Below are positions 21,417 through 30,015 of a stretch of 64,000 nt of DNA, piece by piece; within the stretch, counting starts at the first letter, position 1; every line of letters begins with the position of its first letter. The translations under genes and the position numbers were made by a program. The stretch lies in contig OY969724.1 of assembly GCA_963702205.1 (NCBI GenBank), positions 2,752,001 to 2,816,000 on the forward strand. The letters are read 5' to 3'. The stretch is from an uncultured candidate division Zixibacteria bacterium (GTDB lineage Bacteria; Zixibacteria; MSB-5A5; GN15; PGXB01). The notes under the pieces were generated by a model. It made no database searches. It saw only the letters and a program-made list of their open reading frames with translations, and was not told the DNA's origin.

Positions 21417-22696
21417 GCTTCAATACCCGCAAAATCTATCGCAAAGCCGGAATCGGTTCTCCGCTCGTAGTTGCGGAAATAAAGATAATATAATAACGAG
21501 GATAATATGTAAAGCACAATAGTAATCATGAACGGCAGCGAATAGCCGTATTTTTCGATAAGCCAGCCTCCCACCGACGCCGAAACCATCCACGAGCCGG
21601 TCCAGGCCAGCATAAGCATCGCATTGACCAGCGCGTGTTCCGATTCGCTTACCACCTCCATACTGAAATTGGTCCCGATCGGCTGTCCGAGATTCATCAG
21701 TGCCCCGCGCACCAGAAAAGCAAAGATGGCGACGCCAAGGTTGCTGGTATAGGCCAGCAGCAACATGAACGGAATCGATGCAAGCTGCGTCCAGACTATG
21801 GTTCGGACCATACCGATTTTACGCACCAGAATCGGCCCGGCCATAATCCCAATCAACATGGTGCTATTGGCCAGGAAATAAAACAAGCCTATTTTGTTTG
21901 GCGGCTGATCGAACTGATCGCGAAAATAAATATTCAGAAACGGAATGATCAGCCCCGCCCCGGTCCCGACAATAAAATATGGGAAGAAAAGCCTGAAATA
22001 CAAACCGGCGTGGCGTTTTAACAGTGTCCGTGTAGTTTCTGTATTACTATTCTCCACTTTAGGATCGGTAGCTTTAATCATCAGAAACGGAATCAAGGCC
22101 AGAAAACCGAGGAAGACCGAAACCGCAAATGTCCACCGGTAGGCCGCAATGGTATCCCCGACCATTGCCTCAAACTGCGGGACCAGCCAGCCGAAAATCA
22201 AAGAGCCGAACATACTGGCAACGAGGGCCACACCGAAAGCGCTGGAAAAAATATACGTGCGCTCTTTGGGTGTCGAGTTGCGCATAAAAAACGGCGCCGC
22301 CGCCACACGGTAAAACGTGGCCGCCATCCCTGACACGAGGACAATCAGAAATAAATAATTATCGACAGGCAGCAGGGTCATAAAAATGACCGCTGCGCCA
22401 TAAAGAATGAGAGTTACAATCAATATTGGTTTCAGGCGAATTTTCCGCAGCAGAAAGGCCGCCGGGATTGTAGCTGCCGCCATTCCGACTGCACCTCCGG
22501 AGAGCATATTGCCGATAAACGACTCGGTCGCCCCCTGCTCTCTTAAATACAGATTGAACAGCAATTGATACGCCGCAAAAGTCAGTCCGGCAAAAAATGA
22601 ACCCCATAAATACAGGCGGGCGTTTCTTGAAAATAATTTAAGGTGCGCCAAATAGTCGGCGGCATGTATTTTTGCTTTTGCACTAAAGGTATTCAT
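21413..22696 (-). CDS. MFS transporter
   Basis: About 12 hydrophobic segments; FNLYL, PKERT and PFLNIYF; likely start ATG 22696 (MNTFSAK). Confidence 0.9.
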   Translation of the reverse strand: MNTFSAKAKIHAADYLAHLKLFSRNARLYLWGSFFAGLTFAAYQLLFNLYLREQGATESFIGNMLSGGAVGMAAATIPAAFLLRKIRLKPILIVTLILYGAAVIFMTLLPVDNYLFLIVLVSGMAATFYRVAAAPFFMRNSTPKERTYIFSSAFGVALVASMFGSLIFGWLVPQFEAMVGDTIAAYRWTFAVSVFLGFLALIPFLMIKATDPKVENSNTETTRTLLKRHAGLYFRLFFPYFIVGTGAGLIIPFLNIYFRDQFDQPPNKIGLFYFLANSTMLIGIMAGPILVRKIGMVRTIVWTQLASIPFMLLLAYTSNLGVAIFAFLVRGALMNLGQPIGTNFSMEVVSESEHALVNAMLMLAWTGSWMVSASVGGWLIEKYGYSLPFMITIVLYILSSLLYYLYFRNYERRTDSGFAIDFAGIEA

Positions 22697-22722
22697 GGAA
22701 ATTAGTCCAGCCGGAGAAAATA

Positions 22723-23574
22723 TTATTTTGCGTCGTAATGATACACACCCCGGCAGACAAACCTCGCGGGACCGGTCAGAAGTAGATGGTCGTCGCGTTC
22801 GTTCCAATCGATAAACAGCGAACCCGATGGAAAGACAATCTCGGTCTGACGCTTAAGTACGCCGCCTATGACCCCGGCCACCGCCGCGGCTGCGGCTCCG
22901 GTGCCCGACGAACCGGTCGCGCCCGCGCCCCGCTCCCAGTCGTTGACAATGGCCTTGCCGGAATTGACGATCTTGACGAATTCCACATTGGTCCGGTTGG
23001 GAAAATCCGGGTGATTTTCGACGTGCTCACCCATAGTCATCCAGTTGAATTCCAGATCATCGACGAATATGACACAGTGGGGATTCCCGACTGCCAGAGC
23101 CGTCACCGGGATGTTCTGACCGAGGATTTTTATCGGCTGGTTGATATGGTATTTGAATTTCGATTTCATCGGGATTTTAGCGGTATCGAAACACGGCTCT
23201 CCGATATCGACCCTTATTTCAGACAGACCTTTGGCGTGGCGAATAATCCGGGCGTTGGAAATCCCTTCGGTATTTTCTATGGAAATGGCTTTGTTTTTGG
23301 TCTTATTCTCTCGCAGATAGGCCGCAACACAGCGCAATCCGTTGCCGGATTTCTCGGCCCAGCTTCCATCGGAGTTGAACAGATCCATGGTGCAGTCGGC
23401 TTTACGGCTGCCGGTCAGGACCAGTATGCCGTCGCCGCCGACGCCGAAATGTCGGTCACACATGGCCGCCGCCAGCGCGTTATAATCCATGGCACCGGTA
23501 TTTTTGCCAATCAGGTCGATGATCAGAAAATCATTGCCCAGCCCGTGATATTTAAAGAATTCTATTTTTTTCAT
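22723..23574 (-). CDS. dapF: Diaminopimelate epimerase family protein (both catalytic Cys replaced by Ser)
   Basis: FFKYHGLGNDF, DRHFGVGGDG, GNPHCV, FPNRTNVEF, WERGAG; active-site motifs read AEKSGNG and TGSSGTG. Confidence 0.85.
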   Translation of the reverse strand: MKKIEFFKYHGLGNDFLIIDLIGKNTGAMDYNALAAAMCDRHFGVGGDGILVLTGSRKADCTMDLFNSDGSWAEKSGNGLRCVAAYLRENKTKNKAISIENTEGISNARIIRHAKGLSEIRVDIGEPCFDTAKIPMKSKFKYHINQPIKILGQNIPVTALAVGNPHCVIFVDDLEFNWMTMGEHVENHPDFPNRTNVEFVKIVNSGKAIVNDWERGAGATGSSGTGAAAAAVAGVIGGVLKRQTEIVFPSGSLFIDWNERDDHLLLTGPARFVCRGVYHYDAK

Positions 23575-23620
23575 GAAAGACAAATTAGGTTTTCAAGACG
23601 GGTTGTAAAGAAAATTCAGA

Positions 23621-23917
23621 TTAGTCTGATCTAATTTCCGCCCTGATGAGTTTCACCAGGGCAAATGATAGAATCGAGATGAATATGAAAATATTGGCTC
23701 GAACCATAAATTGATCGATCTGGATAAGCCGCACGTCGACGCCGATAATCGGTGATAATAAAAGCAGAATCGTGCCTATAGTCAGGCCCATCTTGCCAAT
23801 CGTTTTTCTGTAGAACTTCGCCACAATGACGCCAAAACCGAGCCCGGCAATGATTGATAATATAATGCTGGACAAACTATAACCGTGCCAGGATAAAGTC
23901 GAAAAAAACATAATCAA
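23621..23917 (-). CDS. Small membrane protein
   Basis: Three hydrophobic segments; fills the intergenic gap; start codon uncertain. Confidence 0.6.
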   Translation of the reverse strand: MIMFFSTLSWHGYSLSSIILSIIAGLGFGVIVAKFYRKTIGKMGLTIGTILLLLSPIIGVDVRLIQIDQFMVRANIFIFISILSFALVKLIRAEIRSD

Positions 23918-23933
23918 TTGCCTTTAATATCCT

Positions 23934-23961
23934 GTCCCGGCAGAAATTATCCTGCCGGGAC
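23934..23961 (-). terminator. Stem-loop after the aminotransferase gene
   Basis: GTCCCGGCAG/CTGCCGGGAC 10-bp inverted repeat; no clear U tract. Confidence 0.55.
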
Positions 23962-23975
23962 CTTCCCGTATGCTT

Positions 23976-25199
23976 TTACGGCATATTCTTGAGAAAAACC
24001 TTACCCAGTCTTTGAATCGCGATAGTCAATGTATCCAATGTCGCATTCGAGAAATTCAGCCGGAAAGTCCGGTCGCCACGGCCGTCCGGGAAAAACGGAT
24101 GACCGTAAACATACGTAACCTTTTCCTTCACAGCGTCATCGAGCAGCTTCGAAGCCGACATACCCTCGGGAAGCTCGCACCACAGGAACAGTCCGCCTTC
24201 GGGTCGTGTATATGTTACTTCTTCCGGGAAACTGTTTTCGATCTCTTCGATCATTCGGTTACGCTTCTCACCGTAATTTTTGATTAAATTCCGGATGTGA
24301 GCCGGAAGTTTGCCCGATTCGAGATATTTGTGCATCACGAACTGCGCGAACGACCCGGTATGGAGATCGGTCCCCTGCTTAACTTTCTCGAACATGCGGA
24401 TGATCTTGTCCGAGCAGTTCATCCAGCCGATCCTGAATCCCGGCGCGACGATTTTGGAAAATGTTCCCAGTGAAATGACGGCATCGCCGCCGATTGCTTT
24501 CAAAGTCGGCACCGGGTTTCCGGCGAAACGAATTTCACCGTAGGGGTTGTCGTCGATAAGCGGAATATTATGCTTGACAGCGATCTCGACCAGGGCGTGG
24601 CGACGTTCTTCGGACATCGTTATGCCGGTCGGATTCTGGAAGGTCGGCACGCTGTAAATGAATTTTGGTTTGTACCTCAGAATTGCCTTTTCGACCTGGT
24701 CGATCAGCATGCCGTCGTGATCCATATCGATCTGGGCATAACGGCAGTCATAATAATTGAACGCCTGCAGGGCGCCGACATAGGTCGGGCTTTCACAAAC
24801 CACATAATCGCCCGGTTCAAGGAACGCCCTCCCGAGAATATCCAGCCCCTGTTGAGAACCGCTGGTTATCAGAAGATTTTCCGGTTTGGTCGGGATGCCC
24901 AGTTCGGTTTCCCGTTTGGCCAGTGACTCTCTCATTTGCGGTACACCCATGGAAAAAGTGTACTGCATCGAAGTCGACTGGAACTCGTCGATGGCTTTTA
25001 TTGTGGCTTCTTTAATGTCCTCGATCGGAAACATCTCCGGGGCGGGATATCCGCCGGCCAGAGAAATTACACCCGGCTGTGATGAGAACTTGAGAATCTC
25101 GCGGATAATCGAAGTACTCATATTCACGACCTTGTCGGCAAAGAGCCACTTTTCCGGGGCCGCAGTCATTTCTTCCTCCAGGACAGTATTTTTATTCAT
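23976..25199 (-). CDS. PLP-dependent class I aminotransferase (LysN/2-aminoadipate transaminase-like)
   Basis: SIIREILK, SLAGGYP, GSQQGLD, PTFQNPTG, DDNPY, GTFSKIVAPGFRIG (PLP lysine), FRLNFS. Confidence 0.92.
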   Translation of the reverse strand: MNKNTVLEEEMTAAPEKWLFADKVVNMSTSIIREILKFSSQPGVISLAGGYPAPEMFPIEDIKEATIKAIDEFQSTSMQYTFSMGVPQMRESLAKRETELGIPTKPENLLITSGSQQGLDILGRAFLEPGDYVVCESPTYVGALQAFNYYDCRYAQIDMDHDGMLIDQVEKAILRYKPKFIYSVPTFQNPTGITMSEERRHALVEIAVKHNIPLIDDNPYGEIRFAGNPVPTLKAIGGDAVISLGTFSKIVAPGFRIGWMNCSDKIIRMFEKVKQGTDLHTGSFAQFVMHKYLESGKLPAHIRNLIKNYGEKRNRMIEEIENSFPEEVTYTRPEGGLFLWCELPEGMSASKLLDDAVKEKVTYVYGHPFFPDGRGDRTFRLNFSNATLDTLTIAIQRLGKVFLKNMP

Positions 25200-25235
25200 G
25201 AAATTATCCCTTATATTTTGAATTCATCCGTGAGA

Positions 25236-25263
25236 ATTATAATAAAAAGGATAAAAAAGTCAA
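25236..25263 (-). promoter_or_regulatory. Sigma70-type promoter of the aminotransferase gene
   Basis: TTGACT-N16-TATAAT on the minus strand. Confidence 0.7.
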
Positions 25264-25274
25264 TATAAAGACGG

Positions 25275-26474
25275 TCACAGCCTGGTTCCGGCGAGCTTGA
25301 CAATCGAATCCCCGTAACGGTCGCGAATCTTATCGACCGCCGCGTTGACATCGTGCTGTTTGTTGAGACTGACGTTTCCGAGTATGTCGAGCTGTTCGGT
25401 CATGATATGTTTTTCGAGGTGAGATACTTTCACTCCCAGAAGACGCACTGCCTTCCTGAGCCCAAATTCTTTGGGTATCAATTTACGGGCGGTTTCGAAT
25501 ATAGTTTTTCCCTGATCGGTCGGACAATTCAGCGACCTGTCTCTGGTAATGGTATTGAATTTGGAGTCACGCACTTTTATTGTGATCGTCCTCCCCACGT
25601 AACCGTACCTGCGCATCCTCCTCGCCACCCTGTCCGACAACCACAGGACGGTTGAATATATCTTTTCGATATCGGTCAGATCGTGGGCCAGGGTTGTCTC
25701 GTGCGACATCGACTTGTCTTCCGGTATAGTGTACTCATCGTGCACTATTCCGGTGTCCATGCCCCTCGCCACCACCGAAAGCCAGGACCCGTTTTTGCCG
25801 AAATACGCTTCGAGTTCCTTGTCTTTTTTGGCGGCCAGTTGCCCGATAGTGAAAATTCCGATTTTATTCAGGGAATTTTTGGTGCTTTCCCCGACTCCCC
25901 ACAGATGATTGACCGGACGATCGTAGAACAGCTTTTTGAAATCCTCGCGGTCCAGTATGGTCAAGCCATCGGGTTTGTTCTCTCCCGATCCCATCTTGGC
26001 CAGCAGCTTGGTCGGGGCTATGCCGACTGAGCAGGTAAGACCCACCCGGTCTTTTATTTCCCGTTTCATTTGCATCACCAGATTTTCAACCGTACCGAAT
26101 ATCCGGTGACACCCGGTTATATCCAGAAAAGCTTCATCGACCGAAAACGGCTCCACAATCGGTGAATAATTATCGAATATGGTCTGAAGATACGACGAGG
26201 CATAGATATAGGCATTGAGCGACCCGGAGATTATTATCGCCTGCGGACAGAGTTTCTTGGCTTTCGCCATCGACATCCCCGAATGTACCCCGTACTTGCG
26301 GGCTTCATACGAACAGGTCGAAACCACCGAGCGGTACCGTGGATCGCCGCCGACAATGACCGGTTTGCCTTTGAGACCGGGGACATTGCGTTCTTCGAGG
26401 GCCGCAAAAAAGGCGTCCATGTCCACGTGCATAATGACCCTGTCCCAGTCACGGGTTTTGTCTATTCCACCCAT
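25275..26474 (-). CDS. dinB: DNA polymerase IV (Y-family)
   Basis: HVDMDAFFA, SYEARKYGVHSGM, SVDEAFLD, NKPDG, little-finger VRLLGV. Confidence 0.95.
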   Translation of the reverse strand: MGGIDKTRDWDRVIMHVDMDAFFAALEERNVPGLKGKPVIVGGDPRYRSVVSTCSYEARKYGVHSGMSMAKAKKLCPQAIIISGSLNAYIYASSYLQTIFDNYSPIVEPFSVDEAFLDITGCHRIFGTVENLVMQMKREIKDRVGLTCSVGIAPTKLLAKMGSGENKPDGLTILDREDFKKLFYDRPVNHLWGVGESTKNSLNKIGIFTIGQLAAKKDKELEAYFGKNGSWLSVVARGMDTGIVHDEYTIPEDKSMSHETTLAHDLTDIEKIYSTVLWLSDRVARRMRRYGYVGRTITIKVRDSKFNTITRDRSLNCPTDQGKTIFETARKLIPKEFGLRKAVRLLGVKVSHLEKHIMTEQLDILGNVSLNKQHDVNAAVDKIRDRYGDSIVKLAGTRL

Positions 26475-26710
26475 ATTTTGCTGATCATCCAGCTTGTCTG
26501 ACGTTCATCGAACGTAAGCTGGAAAAAATTCGAGGAGTTGTCCACCACCGCGTAATGGTGCACTTTGTACGCCCCGATATCCGTTTTCCAGTCTCCGGTG
26601 ATTTCGCTTATTTTATAGGTCCGGCCGTTCCAGCGAAAGCGCACCGGTTTCATTTTATGATTTTCGAATAACGCGATCACATCGACCGGCTCATCCATAT
26701 CCTGATACAT
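26462..26710 (-). CDS. Small SOS-cassette protein, DUF6504-like
   Basis: 82 aa from ATG 26710 (MYQDMDEPVDV...PVRFRWNGRTYKISEI...W); overlaps the dinB start. Family assigned by resemblance only. Confidence 0.75.
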   Translation of the reverse strand: MYQDMDEPVDVIALFENHKMKPVRFRWNGRTYKISEITGDWKTDIGAYKVHHYAVVDNSSNFFQLTFDERQTSWMISKIWVE

Positions 26711-26736
26711 TCCACCAAACGCCCTCACCCCTCTTA

Positions 26737-26770
26737 GTAGGTCGGGTTCCGAGTCTTCGAGAAACCCGAC
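26737..26770 (+). repeat. REP element 1
   Basis: GTAG tetranucleotide followed by the palindrome GTCGGGTT...AACCCGAC. Confidence 0.85.
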
Positions 26771-26777
26771 AAAACAA

Positions 26778-27257
26778 TCATTCGCCAAACTCGCCGTTAA
26801 ATTTTATTTCTTTTTCAACACCCCAACCACGTTCATAAAAACCATTATTGTGGTATTCGCATAATGACGAATATTGATAGGCAAAGGGGTCATTTGCATG
26901 ATTGTGTTTTACGGGGTTATAGTGGATATAATCAAGATGATCATTGTAATCATCTTGGTCACGAATAAAATGATCCCAAAATCGATTTTGCAAGACTCGT
27001 CCGGGTCTGAATTTATTGCGAAATAACCGAGAGTATTTAATCTTAAATTTGTGGATTAACTCCGATATTGAAAATTTTCCGCAATTTATCAGAATATGAC
27101 AAAGGTCCGGCAACACGACCCAAGCCTTCGGCCTTATCAAATCCCAGCTTTGCCAAAAGAGATTTATATCAAAGTGAAGAATTTGCTCTCTATTGTATGT
27201 TACAATGGTGACAAAATAATCAGCATCTTCTATGTTGTACCTGCGTAGACTTTTCAT
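26778..27257 (-). mobile_element. REP-associated tyrosine transposase (RAYT/TnpA-REP, Y1 HUH family), first His of HUH replaced
   Basis: YFVTIVT.NR, AWVVLPDLCH (HUH position), Q.RFWDH.IRD, YIHYNPVKH and YSS motifs; AT-rich relative to flanks; flanked by REPs. Start ATG 27257. Confidence 0.9.
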
Positions 27258-27271
27258 ATGATATTTTCTGT

Positions 27272-27316
27272 GTCGGGTTTCTCGTTCGCTTGTGCTCACT
27301 TCGGAACCCGACCTAC
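27272..27316 (-). repeat. REP element 2
   Basis: Minus strand GTAG-GTCGGGTTCCGA...CGAGAAACCCGAC, same arms as REP 1. Confidence 0.85.
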
Positions 27317-27345
27317 TTTTTTATATCACATGGTCGAAGGTCAAA

Positions 27346-27396
27346 GTAGGTCGGGTTCTGAGTGAGGCATCGCAGATGCCGAGCGAAAAACCCGAC
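27346..27396 (+). repeat. REP element 3
   Basis: GTAG-GTCGGGTT...AACCCGAC with internal hairpin GGCATC-GCA-GATGCC. Confidence 0.85.
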
Positions 27397-27535
27397 AAAA
27401 TTACAAACAAATCATGTCACAAGTCATCGAGCCAAACATCAAATTTCCCCAATCACAACCCCAGCAATCTGGCCAACGGTTCGAAGCTGATCGGGAGAAG
27501 GAGCAAAATAAAAACATACCGCCACACCCGTCTCA

Positions 27536-28162
27536 TCACAGCCTCCGCATCAACCCGACCACTTTGCCAGCGATGTAAAATCCCGGCGCATCGGCCCGGA
27601 CCATAATCGGCGCATACCGCTCATTGGCCGGTTGAAGACGCACCGTCCCTCTTTCCGGGTAGTACCGCTTGACTGTCGCTTCCTCGCCGATCACCGCCAC
27701 GACTATATCGCCCGGCTCGGCGTCATCCTGCTTTTTGACCAGCACCAGGTCGCCATCGTAAATCCCGGCGTCGATCATCGAATCCCCGACCACCCGCAGC
27801 GTGAACGTCTCCCCGCTCGGCAGAAACGATTCATCGACCGCGTAAAAATCCTCGCGGTTTTCGACCGCGGTCAGAGGCACACCGGCCGGGACCGTGCCGA
27901 CGAGCGGGACGGTGCGGATTTTCGCGGCCATCTCGCCGGGAATCTTCCTGACCAGCTCGATCCCGCGCGAAATCAGGCTCTGGCGGGCGATATATCCTTT
28001 TTTGGTCAGCGCTTCGAGATGCGCCCGCACCCCGTTGGTGGAGCTGATATCGAACTCCTCGCCGATTTCGCGGATTGTCGGGGCCCGTCCCGACTCGGTC
28101 ACCATCCGCTCGATATATTCCAGAATCTGCCGCTGCCTGACTGTCAGCCTGTCCTTGACCAT
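27536..28162 (-). CDS. lexA: SOS repressor LexA
   Basis: LTVRQ, PTIREIG, HLEAL.KKGYI HTH; VPAGVP Ala-Gly cleavage site; GDSM Ser and TVKR Lys. ATG 28162 with AGGAG SD. Confidence 0.96.
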   Translation of the reverse strand: MVKDRLTVRQRQILEYIERMVTESGRAPTIREIGEEFDISSTNGVRAHLEALTKKGYIARQSLISRGIELVRKIPGEMAAKIRTVPLVGTVPAGVPLTAVENREDFYAVDESFLPSGETFTLRVVGDSMIDAGIYDGDLVLVKKQDDAEPGDIVVAVIGEEATVKRYYPERGTVRLQPANERYAPIMVRADAPGFYIAGKVVGLMRRL

Positions 28163-28200
28163 ATTTTTACTCCTTTTTGGTCCTGTAACTTCCTGCAAAA

Positions 28201-28229
28201 TATATACTGCACGGACGTTCACCTGTCAA
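28201..28229 (-). promoter_or_regulatory. lexA promoter with candidate SOS box between -35 and -10
   Basis: TTGACA-N17-TATATA; the spacer holds the imperfect palindrome TGAAC-GTCC-GTGCA (28208-28221). Confidence 0.75.
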
Positions 28230-28288
28230 TCAAAAATATCGGAATTGAAGCCTGGAAGCTTAAGATGTGATACTGGAAATGTGATATT

Positions 28289-28324
28289 AAAAAGCGGAGC
28301 CCGGAACTAATACAGGGCCCCGCT
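28289..28324 (-). terminator. Intrinsic terminator after the dockerin-protein gene
   Basis: AGCGGGGCCC...GGGCTCCGCT stem followed by TTTT on the minus strand. Confidence 0.65.
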
Positions 28325-28339
28325 GCTCAAATTGGTTTT

Positions 28340-29776
28340 CTACATACATCTCGGCGGGGCCGGACCCGTCGGGACGCCATAAATGTAATCTATCAAATAC
28401 AATATATCGATGAGATTTATTAACCCGTCGGTTACCACGTCGCCCTGGGCGAAATCACCCGGCTCCGGTCCGGAAGGAGTTCCGTATACATGATCGATCA
28501 GGAACAAAACATCGAGAAGATTCAGGTCACCGTCGGCGTTAACATCCCCGCAACAAGCAATGACGTTGAAATATACGTTGCAATAGGTTGTATCCTCGGC
28601 CCGGTCGCTGAAACCGGCGAGAACTTCATAGAGAGCTTCACCGTCGTTGCCGTCATCGGTGAAAGTAATCATCCCGGCCGGACCGCTGATAGTGGCTCGT
28701 TCCCCGGCATCGTCGACCAGATCATAGGACAGATAGTCGCCGGTGTTGATATCGGTGACCTGAAACGGGAATTTGACCGAAGTTCCGATACAGCAATCTA
28801 TCGTATCACCGCAGTTGGCGGTTACGGTCGGTGGCGTATTTATTATATTCAGCGTAAAATTGCAGGCATGGTCGATCACCTCATGGTCATAAAGTATGGA
28901 ATATTTATCAATAGCCAATAGCTGAACATCATAGGATCCAAGCATATCATACCCAGCATCGAATGACCAGTCAACAGATGCTCCCCCACCGCTACTACCT
29001 ATCGAGTCAGTTATAACGATATTTCCCAAATTCGCTGATGCTCCGGATAACTTGTTACCCGGATCACAAAACAAGTCGACACTAACTTCCATCGAAATAG
29101 TATCTTTTTTATTTGTCCCCCAATTTATATCCAGATTACCTGACGGGCATCCAGACACAAACCGTGGGGCGTCATCACAATCAATGTCCGCAACCATAGT
29201 GCAATATGGACCTCCAAACGGTCCTGATGCAGGCTGCCATAGCCAATCAAGTGATGGGTCAGAATGCGCTATTGAATCGATACATAATTGCAAATAGTCA
29301 ATTAACGGTGAAACGTAATCGGTACTGGCATGAAACCTGTAGACCAAAAGCTCGCCTTCATCGTCTTGCCAACCATTACTTGTCGTCCAAGTCGTATGAT
29401 TTATTGTATCCGGAAGAATACCGTCCCAACTCGACACATGGATTTCATTTCCTCCAAGGAACCTGTCTCCGTCAGGACCGAATCCATTCAGGATTTGGAC
29501 CGAACCTCCCGTTTCCTGAAGCCCACCGGCGTTGACCCAGTAAATTCGCTCGACACCGTCATTTTGGGGACCATAAATGCATAATGGAATACTAAAACCA
29601 TTTCTTTGGGCGTCTGTATTATTCATATATATGTCGATTGTAAAGTAACGGCCACCCGGAATATATTGTCCGCCACCGAAAAACCGACTATTAAACTCCA
29701 CCCTGAAATCCACGGCCGAAGCTGCGGAACAAAAGACTAAGACGATAACGCTTGCCAATAGAAACCTTCTGGACAT
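28340..29776 (-). CDS. Secreted protein with C-terminal dockerin type I repeats
   Basis: Signal peptide; C-terminal GDVNADGDLNLLDVLFLIDHVY and GDVVTDGLINLIDILYLIDYIY duplicated Ca-binding repeats; Ig/cadherin-like middle region. Confidence 0.85.
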   Translation of the reverse strand: MSRRFLLASVIVLVFCSAASAVDFRVEFNSRFFGGGQYIPGGRYFTIDIYMNNTDAQRNGFSIPLCIYGPQNDGVERIYWVNAGGLQETGGSVQILNGFGPDGDRFLGGNEIHVSSWDGILPDTINHTTWTTSNGWQDDEGELLVYRFHASTDYVSPLIDYLQLCIDSIAHSDPSLDWLWQPASGPFGGPYCTMVADIDCDDAPRFVSGCPSGNLDINWGTNKKDTISMEVSVDLFCDPGNKLSGASANLGNIVITDSIGSSGGGASVDWSFDAGYDMLGSYDVQLLAIDKYSILYDHEVIDHACNFTLNIINTPPTVTANCGDTIDCCIGTSVKFPFQVTDINTGDYLSYDLVDDAGERATISGPAGMITFTDDGNDGEALYEVLAGFSDRAEDTTYCNVYFNVIACCGDVNADGDLNLLDVLFLIDHVYGTPSGPEPGDFAQGDVVTDGLINLIDILYLIDYIYGVPTGPAPPRCM

Positions 29777-30015
29777 TTTAGCCTCCCAAATGCTTTGCCG
29801 AATTCGAAAGAATCGACGAATATGCTACTATTGAAAAATAAGGAATTTTAAGAATGGGTCAAGATTAAATGACAATCGCGGACAATAATATCTAATAACA
29901 TAATCGATTATTTTCCTGAGATTTACATCGGAGTCCACTAAATCAAAAAACCTGTTGAAAAACTTTTTAAAATCCCTATTTTTATAGTTTATATTTTTTC
30001 GAGGAATTGAGGATT

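Noticed and set aside
26737..27396. CRISPR array
   Set aside because: Only three palindromes of unequal length in mixed orientation, no regular spacers and no cas genes; they fit REPs.
28163..28222. 20-aa N-terminal extension of LexA in the ORF track
   Set aside because: It overlaps the promoter and operator; the AGGAG SD supports ATG 28162.
29780..30010. Purine/ZTP riboswitch upstream of purD
   Set aside because: AT-rich divergent promoter region with no recognisable aptamer structure.
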